From Callorhinchus milii (Eukaryota): 64,000 nt of DNA. The translations under genes and the position numbers were made by a program. The stretch's first letter is position 1. Each line of letters starts with the position of its first letter. Of the stretch, positions 25,136 to 38,832 are shown piece after piece. The DNA lies in contig NW_024704742.1 of the NCBI RefSeq assembly GCF_018977255.1, positions 86,988,001 through 87,052,000 of the forward strand. Reading direction: 5' to 3'. The notes under the pieces are model-generated. The model saw only the letters and a program-made list of their open reading frames with translations, was not told where the DNA came from and ran no database searches.

Positions 25136-28100
25136 TAAAATGTACGAGTGGATATTGGAGGGGGGAGGATTATTCTCCTGTTGTTCATACATTTAGCAGC
25201 TTCGGGCAGAGACCATTACATTTATCAGCCGTATGCTGAAAGGCCATTCATTATATTGAACAAAACCAGGGAATAATACTAAATAATCCTTGCTTTCAAA
25301 ATAATAATCTTGTCATTTGCACCTTATCACATCTTCGAGACGTCTCAAAGCGCTTCACAGAATATACTGAAAAGTGAATTGACTGTATATTTTGTGGGAG
25401 AAATGCAGCGCCAATTGCAGACCACAGTGTGCCACAAACAGGCGTGATTGAGTGACCACATTTTTATTTAAAACATTTTTTTTGAAGGGATTATTTTCCT
25501 TGGAAAAGCGATCCACCAATCGACTAACAACCGGGTTCCTACTTACTGCTAAGTAAACAGAGGCGTGTGGAGTAAGGAAACTTGCTTAAGGTTTCACCCT
25601 CCTTCAGCTTTGGAAATAACTATTCCCTCTTCACCCAGGCTTGGTTTTGATTATCACATCAAATCAATAGTCAATGCCTGTGCCCACAAATGAAGCAGAG
25701 CTATGAAGTCCTGAATTATTGCTAATTCCTATGGGATGTTGGCCTAATACGAGCCACAGCCTTTGGAAGAAGAAGGGAGAAATCTAGGTGGAAAAAAGCT
25801 TTAATTGTATTTGTTTAAGTGGAAAAATGCACAGAAACTTATTTGAAACTGTGTCTGCTTCATCTGTGATTTTTTGATCTTTATTCTCACAGTTCAAGGT
25901 GAAACTTGTATTACACGCAGATCTGAGAGGTAACAGATTGTCGAGGGTAGTGCAACATCTGTTTTCTAAGCAACCAGTCAACGGGTTACATTTCAAAAGC
26001 TGCTCCTCACTGTCCCATCATGGCTGGGAGTGCAAAATACACGTTTGCTTACAAAATACGCAATCACAACACAGTACAATAAATCCTGTGAAGCTTTTTG
26101 GGACATCTTCCCGATGTGAAAGGCATAAATTGAAAAGCAAGGAATATTTAAGTAATCTATTCGTGTTGGCTTGGCTTTACCAAAGCAAAGAACACTGCTA
26201 GTGTGGGAGAACAATTAAGCTGTGCCATCAAACCCCTACATCTGCCAACCTGACCTCTTCTCAGAGGATTTAACAGTGATCACTGGAGAAGCTTGTAACC
26301 TTGAACATTTTGCTCTCGTCGCCAACAATAACAACAGTATTTGAAGATGTTTTGTGAAAGGAAATAATCAGAGACAAGGTTATTTTAAAATTATACTTCT
26401 AAAGCACTCTTAAGCAAAAGACTCCTGAATGTGAGAGATGAAATGATTGAAAACTAAATTATTTTCTTGTAAGAATTTTTAAGAAGTAAAACGTTTTTAA
26501 ATTTATAAGAATGTAAAAAGGTGTTCACAGCCCCAAGGAAGTGAAGGCTTTCACCTTCCCAATATCCTGCCTGATTTTAACACCAGCAAAGGTGTTCAGG
26601 GATACAGTAAATTTAGGCATATTTTAATCACATTTTTGTCTTGTGTTTATAAATGAAGGGTTAAACCTCTGTTCATTCAAGGTTCCATAAATCAAGAAAT
26701 ATTCAACCAAAAATGATTGATTTTGTGCCCAAAATGATTGGCCACCAAAGCTCTTAGCAATACATACCAGAAGGTTGCAGGTTTGATTCCCGGCCTTTAC
26801 TGAATTAGCTCGTCTCGGATGGGGTAGCAGGTGGGTAGCAGCAGCTGATACTGTCGGCCCTTGGTTATAGATGGTAGCAAACAGCAGTGAATGTTCTTAC
26901 TCCTAGAAACTGCATACGGTGTGTGAAAATCATAAATAATCTGAAACAGGGCCTTTTCACATTGTCAGAAGGTCTCAAAGAACTTCACAGGATTTACTGT
27001 AAAATGTAATGTCTGTTTTTATAGGCAAATGTGGCAGCCAACTTGCACACAGCAATGTCCCCCAAACAAATCTTTGGCTAGGACACCAGGAGAAACTCTC
27101 CTCACTTTTCGAATAGTCTCATGGATTCTTTAACATCCGCCTATACAAGCAGATGGGGCCTCGGTTTAACACCTCATCCGATGGGCGGCACCTCTGACAA
27201 TACAACTGTACTCCAACACTGCATTGAAGTGTCAGCAGTGTTCATTTTAAACTATGAGTTTAAATGGGCGCTTGGACCCATAGCCTTCATGACTCAGAGC
27301 GAAAAGAGCTACCAGCTGACACCTTGAATGATCTTGAATTTTTTTTAAAGGGATTATTACCCCCGGAAAGCAATCTGCCAATTAACAATCAGGTTCCTAC
27401 TTGCTGCTCGGTAAACAGAGGTGTGTGGAGTAAGGAAACTTGACTAATGTTTTGCCTTGTCAGGGAATCAAACCCAATTCCTTTTGCTGTGAGGTAAGTG
27501 TTCTAACCAACATGCTACAGGGCTCTGCAGAATGAAAGAAAAGAGGGAGAAAATTGGCAAAACAAAAAGCAGAAGCAGGACGATAGACATAAATACCAGT
27601 AAATTCTGGACTTTTATAGATCTAGGAAACTATTTGAGGTTGATCAGTATGCTGCGGCCCAGGTGAAGGCTGTTCACAAAAGGCTGTTATGCCCATGTCT
27701 TTATTATTGAAGAAATACTTAAAATATCCCAAAGGAAAATGGTTTTAAATCAGCTGGGCTCCACAAGTAAATTAATTACCTACTTACAGAAATAGGCTCA
27801 ATGGTATGGTAATTTTGTAATCACTGTAAAAGTACACAGCAAGAGTACAATTGGGGGCATTATTCGATCTCACAAGGTGTTTGGATATGTGATACTGTAA
27901 TAACCAACAGCTTCTGCTGAGATAAATTAATGTGTAATGAGAAAGGTACATTGCCTTAACATTATATTGGCATTGAATTGCAGTGCTGTAGCTGAGAAAT
28001 TCTTGCTGTGCTATCATACTGAAGGTTCCCCTGCTTGTTTTAATTGAATTTAATTTTAATATCATAATCACAACTATTGACCATAATCTTTTGACTGCCA

Positions 28101-30243
28101 ACACAATGGATTTGCACCCTGAAGATTTCAGGCTTGGATACGTTTGGGCTTAACTGGAAGGTGATGGGGCACAGGGTAAGCCTCCAGTCAAATGGCTGTG
28201 GTTCACTTGTGAGCCTTCGCAGTGAGTGTCGGCAGGCCACTTAACTGTTCAGGTGCTCTGGCAGTCATGCTTACAGGCACCACGCCCCCAAATTCTAGAA
28301 CTTTCTGCCTCAAGCCCTTGCCTCTCCGCCTTCTTCCCCATGTTCAGATTGCACCTGAAGACCTTGCTCTTTGACTGTGACTACGGTCACCTTCAGTCTT
28401 TCCCCGGCTCGTGTCAAGCACCGGCACTGTTCAGCGCTCTGAGACTCTACCCCATGCGAAGGGCGCTTTAGAAATGCAATTTTTGTTGTTGTTACTTTGT
28501 GTTTCTTATTTAAATAGTATGTTTATCTTTTCTCACTCCCCATTGGTTTACCTTCACTCTCTCTTTCTCTCTCTTTGTAAATACATATGTCACTAATTCC
28601 AAAATCCCTGCTCATCACATTTGAAATTTTAGTCATGCTTCTTCACCAAAGATCTGCTCTGTGCCAAAAGCAAACCATCTATCTTACACACAATCAGATC
28701 ACCAGCAATAAGGCATTAAGCCAATTGATTTGCATTTCCAGCGAAGTATCAACAGCTGTAGCTCCCTGGTCAGCATTAGTACTACAATATTTAACATTGA
28801 TTTTAAACTTCTTATTTGAAATAGTTCACAAAATAAATAATGAACAATAAATTATTTTGAATACAAAAATAAAAAATAGAGACTGATTTTTTTTGAGAAA
28901 AGTTGTTCATTAAACAAGTTATTACAGTCTCAATGATGCATAAATCTGCAAGACATGGTACATAATAGTGATTTCTGAAAAATATTTATATCCGTTACAT
29001 AAAGTAATGGATAGGGCATGCTTTACAAATGGAAATAAATGTTTTGGTTATTTTCTGCTGTGAACTCGCATTATGTAATTCCATCTGGCCATTTACTGCT
29101 GTATTTCTAATTTTATCCAGATGGTTTCATCATACAAGAACATGTGAACAATTCTATAACACTGCACCTCTGGTTTCTGACAATTATTATTTGTTGTTAC
29201 ATTGTCGTCTCAGTACATTTACAACTAATTTAGCCTGAGGTTAACCCTAGCCTTTTCTCAAGAATGTGGAAGAAAGGGAATGCGTATGAAACAGACAATG
29301 CATATATGATCTGAAGATGAATTTTGGGTATGAATGAATTGGACGTGTACCTACCCAAACTTGCTCGGCACTAGATATGTAATTCTATTCTGACCATCTG
29401 TTATTCCATACATAATGTATATGTGGTTAGAGCTGTTCAGCTAATCAGTCTAATACGTGATATGACCCCTATTGCAATTACACAGCACAATAGTGTTTTA
29501 GTTCACATTGCACGATTCAATAAGCGGAGTCTGTGTCTGCCGTCCAGCGTGGAGGGCGCTATATAAATCCAAGTTGTTGTTGCTGCAGACTTCCTCAATT
29601 GACACCTTTCCTAAAAATAAGGTTTATTTGTCAGAAGTGCTGTCCTTCAAATGAGATGTTACATGGAAGTCCTATCTCTGCAGCCAGGACATCAGTGTAA
29701 CATCTCATCTGAATTTGGTTTTTGCACATTTGGGGTCTTAGAAAATATTCGGTCAAATGATAACGTCATTTGGTTATTTCATGTCTGTCACTTTAAATTC
29801 TTAGAAATAATAATCATTTGCATTTGATATAGCACCTTATCACATCGTTGAGACTTCTCAAGACATTTCACAGGATATAATGTAAAGTCGATTGACTGTG
29901 TATTTTGTGGGCGAAACATGGCAACCAATTTGCGCACAGCAATGTCCCGCAAACAGCCATGGAGTGAGTGACCAATTTTATTTGGGGGATTTGTTGGCCA
30001 GGATTATTCATTAGTTTGCTGTACGATTGCAGCTTTTAATTTAAAATCTGATTGATGCTTAATTTCATTAAGCATATTTGAATGCAGGGTTTAAGGATAA
30101 GTTAAATATTACATTAAAGACTTCTTTCTACTTGTCTGCCAAGTCTTGTAGTGTAACTCCTTTTCTGTGGTGACTCACAAGCTATAGAAAATTTAAGAAA
30201 TTCACGCAGCTCAAAGCACAGTGTAAGATGTCACTCTTGAAAG

Positions 30244-30960
30244 CAAATGAAATGGGTTTCTGGAAGTTTCTGGAACTCTCGGGATATTGCAGCTGGTGAC
30301 AGCTGTCTTTCTTGATGATGCTGGTCACAACATTTGCTCTATCTCTCAGCTGTCTCTCTGCTCCCTAAATAGAAATGGACAGAGCTATCTTCGGGTAGAA
30401 GGGGCCTTGTTCATGTTAGGAATAAACAATTCGGAGACAGTAACATCTATATTGTTTTGGGGCCATTTTGACACGTTCTGTCATTTTCAGATGGTGTGCG
30501 TAGTTTCCTTTTTATGGAGATTGCAAATAAGTTAATGAAATAAAGACCCCTCAGGGCACGGAATCCCCCCCTGTACTGGCATTGCTCTCATTACTCTGGC
30601 CTTGGACCCATTTCACTTAAGATATATATGGGCTACACAGGTCAGGTTAACAGAGCAAAAAGTGTGAAGGAAGAGTGACTCGACACACATTTGCACATCC
30701 CAGTCAAGCATCACTTCAGCAAATTCATTACGGGGTATGTGAACATATGTTTTCTGGCTATTTTCAGCCACCTTTTATCTTTTCAATCAATTAAAGAATA
30801 TCTTCTTAAAGCTGTGAGACCTGAGGTTCGGATTGTAAGAAAGTAAGTCAACAATCGAATACCTACAGGACTTATAGAGCAAGTATTAGTGAGCCCAGGC
30901 TCGCAAGCAAATGGTGCCCAAATATGGCGTGGTTCAGAGGCACTGAAGCAAGCAAGATAA
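30244..30960 (+). promoter_or_regulatory. Candidate unc45b promoter / muscle and heat-shock cis-regulatory module with a putative non-coding exon 1
   Basis: HSE TTCtgGAAgtTTCtgGAA at 30258-30275; CAGCTG at 30290, 30300 and 30347; TATATAT at 30623; donors ggg|gtatgt (30734/5) and aa|gtaagt (30842/3); MEF2-like CTATTTTCAG at 30758; perfect CArG CCAAATATGG at 30918-30927. The stretch is non-repetitive. Confidence 0.62.
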
Positions 30961-33499
30961 CAGGGCCATGTTCTTTGTGAATTTTGAAGCAGGGTTTTCA
31001 CGTTGGTTTATTTAACTCATGCTCTTGTACTTGTTCAAGAATGGTAAACTGAGGAGTGTTGGTGACTCCTCAATTTCTTTTATTTTGGCTTCCCATTTTA
31101 TGTTTTATTTTTTGGCAAGATTGCCGCTGATTACTCATCGTTTCTAGAAGTTGTTTTGGCTGATACATGACCTGTGATAAAATTAAAAGCCCTAAGTGAT
31201 AGCAAAAAATTCCTGACTGCAGCGCTAACTCTGCCATTCAACCCTTTCATGCTGAATATTGGCAGGACAGGACCTTTTCTGTTATAACCTGAGGAACACA
31301 ATTGGCAAGAGTAAACGTGCTCATTTGTTTCACTTTTCTTCCAGTTCAGTTTTTGCTACAAGTATTTAATGAGAAACCCAGACCATTTTGTCGCAAAGTC
31401 GAGCATCTAGGCTACTAAAATTTCAAATTGTCAGATCTGTTAAATTTTCTTTAATTCAATTGCTAAGAAAATACCCTTTTGTATTGTACTTAACATTAAA
31501 TACAGCAATGTTTTGGGGTGTGGGTTCACAGCTTTGATAGAAACTTACAATGCTGATTATTGCTGATTACTGTTGCTTGTTTGTCATCTTTGATCCAGCT
31601 CCAGTTTTTTTATTGATCTGGAAGGAATCAGAGCACAACATCACAGGCGCTAGAGAACTGAGAGAATTGCAGATCTAGGAGTGTAGTTCTAGAGGCTTTG
31701 CTGATGTATGTGAGTTTTAAACAATAATGTTCTTATTTAAATTAATTTCCAGACAAACTTTGAGTGGTTGGGGGGGGTGGGGAAGGGAGAAGCGAGAGGA
31801 AAGTGAATAGATGTAGAAGAGGCATTCTTTTTGCGAACTCGGTGACATTGGTGTATGACTTGTGTGTGGCTTTATAATGTATCTAGTCATTGATGAAGAG
31901 GGTAAATCTCTTCCTTTGAGTGACAAAATATCTGAGATTCAAATGGCAGACTACGGAGAATAAAATTATTTTGACACTGGCGTACTTAAATTTAAACAGC
32001 TTTAAAATGTTAATCCTCTATTTTGCACTGTTTTTTCCTTTCCACTCCATATTCTCTTCCATCCTGGAGACTCTCCGCCTTGCCCCCTCTCCCTCCCATC
32101 TTTTAAAAGTCTTGACTTTTTCTTTTTTTCACCGTGTTTTGGTCACCTTTTCCCCCTCCTCCCTTCCTTCCTCAGCTCCCCTCACCCCCAGCTCAAGCTC
32201 CCAGATGCTTCTCTGAAGAGTTTTGAGAAATTCTGTATAAAATTGTCGTTGTATTCTGATGCTGTATCATAGCTTCAGGGCTTCAAATATGACACGCCTT
32301 TGAGTGGAGGTAAGCTTTAATTTAGTTTTAACATACAGCAATCTTGGAATCAGATTACATTTCACCTTCCAGTGCTCACATACTCCTCAGACCTGTGGTG
32401 AATTATACCATTACAGGAATGGATGCTTCTCTGTCAAAGCACAGAATTCTTCTCACCGTGGGGGTAAAGGACTGTGTTCTGCAGAACATAACTGTTAGAA
32501 AACAAACAACAGGCAAAGTGTGTATTAAAAATCACTCCTGCCCAAAGGCAAAATCTCTAGCTTGTTTTATTTTATACCTTACCAGACTCGGCAGTAAGCA
32601 TACATTTGAAGTACTAATGATATTATCGGTTTCAAGAGGCAATTGGCTGAGGAGGATTGCCAGGTATGTGAGATAAGGAGAAGTGTCTGAAAAGGCTATA
32701 AACTGTAGAGATCTTTTTCTGATCTTTAATGCTACCAGTGCTCCTGGATAATCTACACATTGAAAAATTACACTGATCTCTTCTACTAGGTTATTAAAAT
32801 CAGAATATTTAAAGTTTAGATTTAAAAAAGATATGAGGGAGGACAAGCGTGTATGCTATTAAGAGGAAGAAAGTGTGTATGTGTGCGTGTATGTCAGCAT
32901 GTATGTGCAATTGTGTGTATGCATTTATGTGCATGCATATGTATATGTGCGTACGTAGGTATGTATATGTGTGAGTGTGTTTAAGTGCTCCGAGATGCTA
33001 CCGTGCATGAAGGGCACTATGTAAACGCAAGTTGTTGTTGTGTGTGTCGGGAGAAGGGTCCCTTTAGATTCTGCTACACCTGAGCAATGTATTTGGCCAA
33101 CGAGCAACACTGTCAGACAGCTGCAGATATCTGCTGTAAAAGTCACCTATCCTCAGTGAATTTGATTGTGCTCACTTCAAAGTATTGTTTAAGCATTTCA
33201 TTGAAATATTGAAACAATGGTCTGCATACATGAGGGAGAGGGGATTAAAAGATATTGAGGCTCATGTGGAATATAAACACAAGCACAGAAGGGTTGAGCT
33301 AAATGACTTGTGTCCAGGCTGTTATAATCTATGTCTGTGTCTGGGAATTCGGGGCCTCACATGGAGGGGGTGTCACTGTTGCTATCAATTTATCAGAATG
33401 TGATGGATTAGTGCAATAACATATTCCAGGCATAACATGAATCTGCCATTATCTCAGTCTGAGGAGGATAAGGATAATGTCTTTTATCGGTTCTCACCG

Positions 33500-34432
33500 A
33501 TGTCATCCACAGACTGGGGTCAACATGTATGCAGATGACACCCAAATCTACTTCTACTCCAGCTGCGACTCCCAGTCCACTGATGTCCTGTCAGCTTGTC
33601 AGACAGACATCAAGGCCTGGATGAGCGCAAATTTCCTGTAACGGAATATTGGCAAGAGGAAAGCTATACTCTTTGGCTCTCATCAACGGCTTCTCTCCTG
33701 CGGGTCTGAGCTCCTCACCCACCCTATCTGTCAGAACCTCCGAACCCGTGCGTAACTTTGGTCAGGTTCGATCCCCAGCTTTCCTTTCTACCACATATGC
33801 GTTCCCTGACCAGGAATGCTTTTGTCCAACTCCGCCACATTGCCTGCCTCCGTCAGTACCTCACAACCAATGCAGCTGAAGCTCTCATCTACGCCTTTGT
33901 CACTTTCTGGGTGGAATATTCCAATGCCCTCCTCGATGGTCTCCCCAGCTCCACAATACACAAAATACAATTAATTCAAAACTCTGCCACCCAGATACTT
34001 TCCTCCATGAAACTCCATACCCCCATCACACCAGTCCTTACCAGGCTCCACTGGCTCCCAATCACTGAATGGATCGACTTCATGATCCTCTCACTCGTTT
34101 TCAAATCGTTTCATTCTCTTGCACCTCCCTACCTACAAATTTGCTTACCCTCCACTCCTCCATCCGTTGCCTCCACTCGGCTGGCCCTTGCCTCCTATTC
34201 GTCCCTCGTCCCCTCCATTTTACCATCGGTGGCTGTGCCTTCAGCCACTATGTCCTGAAACTCTGGAACTCTCTTCCTCAATCCATCTGCCTTGCCCCCG
34301 CATGGCCCACCTTCAAATCCCCCTAAAGACCTTCCTTTTGGATTGTGCTTATGGTCACCTACCCCTTCCTCTCTCCTTGGCTCACTGACAGACTCCACCA
34401 CTGTGAAGCACTCCGGGACGCTTCCCCACTTG
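33500..34432 (+). mobile_element. L2 LINE 3' fragment (from the YADD motif to the tail)
   Basis: atgtatgcagatgacacccaa; ORF 33758..34258 FDPQLSFLPHMRSLTRNAF...HTPITPVLTRLHWLPI. Confidence 0.9.
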
Positions 34433-37110
34433 AACAACAACAAAATTACATTTGTATAACGCCTTTCACATCGGGAGGATGGGCCAAGGCGCTGGACAGT
34501 CAGTGTTTTGGACCTAAGCTGGGGGTCAGGATTGGGGAGGGTGGAGGAGGGTGATCGAAAGCACGGTCGAAGAGGAGATATTGAGATGGGTCTTGAAGGA
34601 GGCAAGGGAGGGGGCGAGCAGAGGGACTGCAGGATAGAGTTCCAGTGGGCGGGGGCAGAGTGGCTTAAGGCCCACCTGCCAATGGTGGGGCAGGCGAGGC
34701 GGAGGACATGAAGCAGGCCAGAGCCCGCTGAGTGGAGAGAGCGGGCAGGAGGTAGGGGGTTAGGAGGTCACAGAGGTAGGGGGGAGCAAAGCCATAAAGG
34801 GCTTTGAAGGGGAGGACCAGGATCTTGAACTGTATCCTCTGTGTGATGGGAAGCCAGTAGAGTCAACCGAGGATGGGGGCGATAGGGTCACGGAGCCTAG
34901 TGCAAGAGAGGACATGGGCTGCAGAGTTCTAGATGATTTGCAGCCTACAGTTAAGGAGCCCGACAAGCAATGAGTTTGTATAGTCAAGCCTGGATGTTAT
35001 GATTGCGTGTATGAGGGTTTCGACGGCCTATGATGTGAGACATTGGCGGAGCCAGGTGATGTTGCAGAGGTGGGGGAAGGCAGAGCAGGTCATGGCATGG
35101 ATGTGGTGGTAGAAAGGATAATTGAGGGTTAAACAAGATGCCAAGGTTCTGGACTGGCTCAGTGAGGTGGAGTGTGCATCCATGGATAGTGAAGCTGTCA
35201 GCGCCAATCAGGAGAGCCTCGGTGTTGTTGATGTTCAACTGAAGTAAGTTAGCTCTCATCCAGGATTTGATGTCTGACAGACATTATGTCAGCACAGCAG
35301 TGGTCTTGGAGTTGAGGGTGGAGGCAGAGATAGAGTTGGGTGTCATCTGCATACATATGGAAGTTGACCCCATGCCTGTTGATGAGATCACCAAGAGCAA
35401 GCATATAGATATTGACAAGGAGGGGACCAAGGATAGAGCCTGAGGAACGCCGCACAAGATGCTGTGGGGGCTAGAGGAAAAACTGTTTGTGGAGATAAAG
35501 TGGAGGCGGTGTGAGAGGTACAATCTGAATCATTCAAGGACAGCGCCGCGAAAGTTGAGGTGAGAGGAGAGGCGGTGGGTCGAAGGCAGCAGAGAGGTCA
35601 AGGAGGACGAGGAGGCAGATCTGGTCACAGATGGACAGAATGTCACTTGTCACTTTGACCAGGGCTGTTTCTGTGCTGTGGGCGGCACGGAAACCCGATT
35701 GGAGGGGTTCGTGAAGGGAATGTCGGGAGAGGAAGGAGCGAAGCTGAGAAGCAATGACTCGTTCCAGGACCTTGGAGAGGAAAGGGAGGTTGGAGATGGG
35801 GCAGTAGTTTGAGAGCAGGCATGGGTCCAGGGAGGGTCAAGGAGGTGGAGCTGGGAGGTAAGCAGAGGGGTAGGGATGGGGTCGAGGGAGCAGATGGTCG
35901 GTTTCATGCGGGTTATAGTGGTGGTGAGAGAGGAGTGGGAGACAGGTTCGAAGGTGTGGAGGGAGGGATGGGTAGGGGACGGGATGTGAGGGGGAGATGG
36001 GGAGGAGGTAGACAGAAGGGCAGAGGCAGCTGAGCGGATACCCTCGACTTTGGATTCGAGGAAGTCCAGCTTTGCCTTGCAGTTGCCATTGGAGGTGAGG
36101 ATGGGCGAGGCACGAGAAGGTGGGCAGCGCATGAGAGGTTGGACGGAGGAGCTGGTTGGTGATTGAGCAGAGAAGCCTGGGGTTGTCCTTGGCCTCCAAG
36201 GTTGTCTTGGAGTAGAACAACGATTTAGCAGAGGCGAGGGCATGGGGTAAGATTTGATAAGGTCCAGCCAGATATGCCAATGGAACATTAAGTTCGATTT
36301 AAGCCAGGTGTGTTTATTGGCATGCACCAGTGCTTTAAGGGAGCAGAGGTGGCTGGTGTACCATGGTGACTTTTGTGAGTAGAAGACGGTTTGGAAGTGA
36401 GGGGAGCAAGGGAATTGGGAGTGGTGGAGAGGGAGTTGTGGAGGAGGGTGAACAAGGAGGATAGGTCATTGCGGGAGGAAGCCCAGAGTGGGAGGTGTTC
36501 AGATGACTCCAAGGCAGTGGAGAGGAGGGAGGGGTGGGAGATTTTTTTCCAGGGGAGGGTAGGAGATGGAGGTGGGTTGGGTGGCGGTAAGGAAAGGGAT
36601 TGAGGCAGATGAACTGATGGTCTGAGATTGCTTTGTCAATGATAGTGAGGACCGAGATGGTGTGGCCCCAAGTGATCTCCAGGTCGAGGAGGGAGAGGTA
36701 AGATATGAAGGTGGAAGGTGCGGAATGGCTTGGGGTAGGGCAATAGATAAGGAAACTTTTGATGGAAAGGTTGGAGGTGTGATAAAGGGTAAGGTGCTCA
36801 AAGGAGGGGAAGGTTCCAGAGGAGTAAGGGGATAGGCCAAGCAAAGACTGGGAGATAAGAGCCACACTGCCACCACGGGGTTAGGTAGTGGGGTATGATG
36901 GAAGGTGTAGCCGGGTGATGTGGCCTCTGTCAGGGGAAAGGTATCGCCTGGTGTGACCCAGGTTTCAGTGAGGGCAAGAATGTCGATGTTTGATGGTGAG
37001 TGTTTTATTGGAGAGGGAGCGGACATTTTGTAGGCCGATGCGGAGGAAACGGTTGGTGGTGGAATGTAGGGAACGAGGTGGGGAGGAGTGAAAGGGAGGG
37101 TGGGGATGTG
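34433..37110 (-). mobile_element. Long degenerate L2 LINE ORF2 (APE endonuclease + RT), antisense
   Basis: DILALTETW (ORF 36499..37269), [33 protein letters not shown] and a (GTT)n tail at 34433; many frameshifts. Confidence 0.92.
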
Positions 37111-38670
37111 AATGAAGCATGTGCAGGGTGCTAAGTAAATACTAGTTGTTGTTCTGCTGGTGTCAAAACTAAGTGTATTGAAGCAATTTGGGGCTTTGTG
37201 ACATTTTGGTAAATGCTTGGACTCATGGGGGTGAAGGATCTTTTTGCTAGGGTATGATACACTTTTCATCTTTGATGTTTAGGGTCACCAACAAGCATGC
37301 TGAGGGGAGGGGAACATTTAAAATAATGAAACTGTGCTGGATTTACAGCGGCCTGAATGAACTCTGGTAACAAATGATGGAATCGTTAACCTAATGCACT
37401 TCACAGCTCATCAGAGAAGGAAGTGTTCTTCTCAGCAGTCTGAGGATGGATGCTTCAGATCAATGCAAATATATAGCCAATGATGAACTTAAAAATGTGC
37501 CTCGGCAAGTGAAATTAGTGTTTACTTTGAAATGTGACTTAAATGCACATCTTGGACAGAACTGATAATCTTCACAAATGAAACTTGGAAACATTACAAA
37601 CAATTAAATCCAACCTAAGTCTACCCTTTACGGAAATGTCTCACTTTTCACTTGATAAGCAATAAAGTGATGCCAGATGAATGCATGTCTTGGAGTACAC
37701 AGTGTTTCTGTGCCACATTTCCTACAATATTTATTCACTGTTAACCATGCTCAGGATGGATTCTTTGTAATGCAGAGAAGAGTCAACAAGGCTGATACTC
37801 AATGTTAGGAGGATGAACTGCAAAGTATAACTTGATAAACTAGGGGTCTTTGGCTTTTAAAAGAGAAGTTTCAGAGGGGACTTTACAGAGGTTTTCAAGA
37901 TTCTCAATGGTAGAGAGTGTAAACTCAGAATAATCCTTTAAGATATGCAATAGCTGCATAACAAGAGGGTGCAAGTTCAGGGATGTGAAGAGCAATTTTA
38001 AGACAGACACCAAGAAGTATTTCTTTTCACAAAATATAGTTAATGGATGGAATTTGTTTTCCAGGAAGGTTGTTAAGCGCTCCGAGATGCCGTCCGGCAT
38101 GAAGGGCGCTACATAAACGTTATATAAAGTTGTTGTTAAAGGACACTGAACTCATTTAAGAACCAGCAAGGCATTTAATGTCAGTGATGGCATGATAGTA
38201 TAAGTAGTAACTTGGAATGTTAATCCTTGTTTTCATTTCATACTTATAACATTAAAGAGTTTCAAAGTGCTTCACAGGGAATTACTGTTAGTGCGGGGAC
38301 TGTAATTTTGTAGGCAAACATAGCAGACATTTGTGTCAGCAAGTCCCACGAACAACCATGAGGTGGACAACCAATTAACCTGGAAATTGTTGGCAAGGAT
38401 ACTGGTGGAAACTCCCTTCACTTTTCAAATAGTACCATGGGATCTTTAAGGTTCTTCTGAACACGCAGACTGGATTCCAGTTTAACATCTCATCTAAAAG
38501 ATACCATTTTTTAAAGGCACCATCCATGCATCATTCTTCAAAGACGTCCCCCACCCCCTGCCCCATTATCTCCACCGCTGTCTCCTAGCAACTCACCTGC
38601 AAGTCAGATCTGTCAAGTGAATAGAGTGAATTTCTTCATCCGAACCTCTCTTGTGATGTATTGATTTCAG

Positions 38671-38832
38671 ATGGAGGACCCAGTTCAATTAAAGGAGGAA
38701 GGTAATAGATGCTTTCAGAACAATGACCATGACAAAGCTATTGAGAACTATACTAAAGCAATCCAACTGAGCAAGGACAAGAAACTTTTAGGTGTGCTTT
38801 ACAGAAATCGAGCAGCGTGTCACTTGAAAAAG
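38671..38832 (+). CDS. unc45b: unc45b first coding exon (TPR1-2)
   Basis: ttgatttcag|ATGGAGGAC...AAAAAG|gtagga. The ATG directly follows an acceptor, implying an upstream non-coding exon. Confidence 0.95.

Noticed and set aside
26760..26930. Another tRNA-like SINE (accagaaggttgcaggtttgattcccggcc...ttagctcgtctcgg)
   Set aside because: Probably an ancient SINE remnant, but too decayed to delimit or name from sequence alone.
37480..37565. Possible C/D snoRNA (ATGATGA...CTGA)
   Set aside because: No terminal stem, no clear C'/D' boxes and no recognisable rRNA antisense element; expected by chance.
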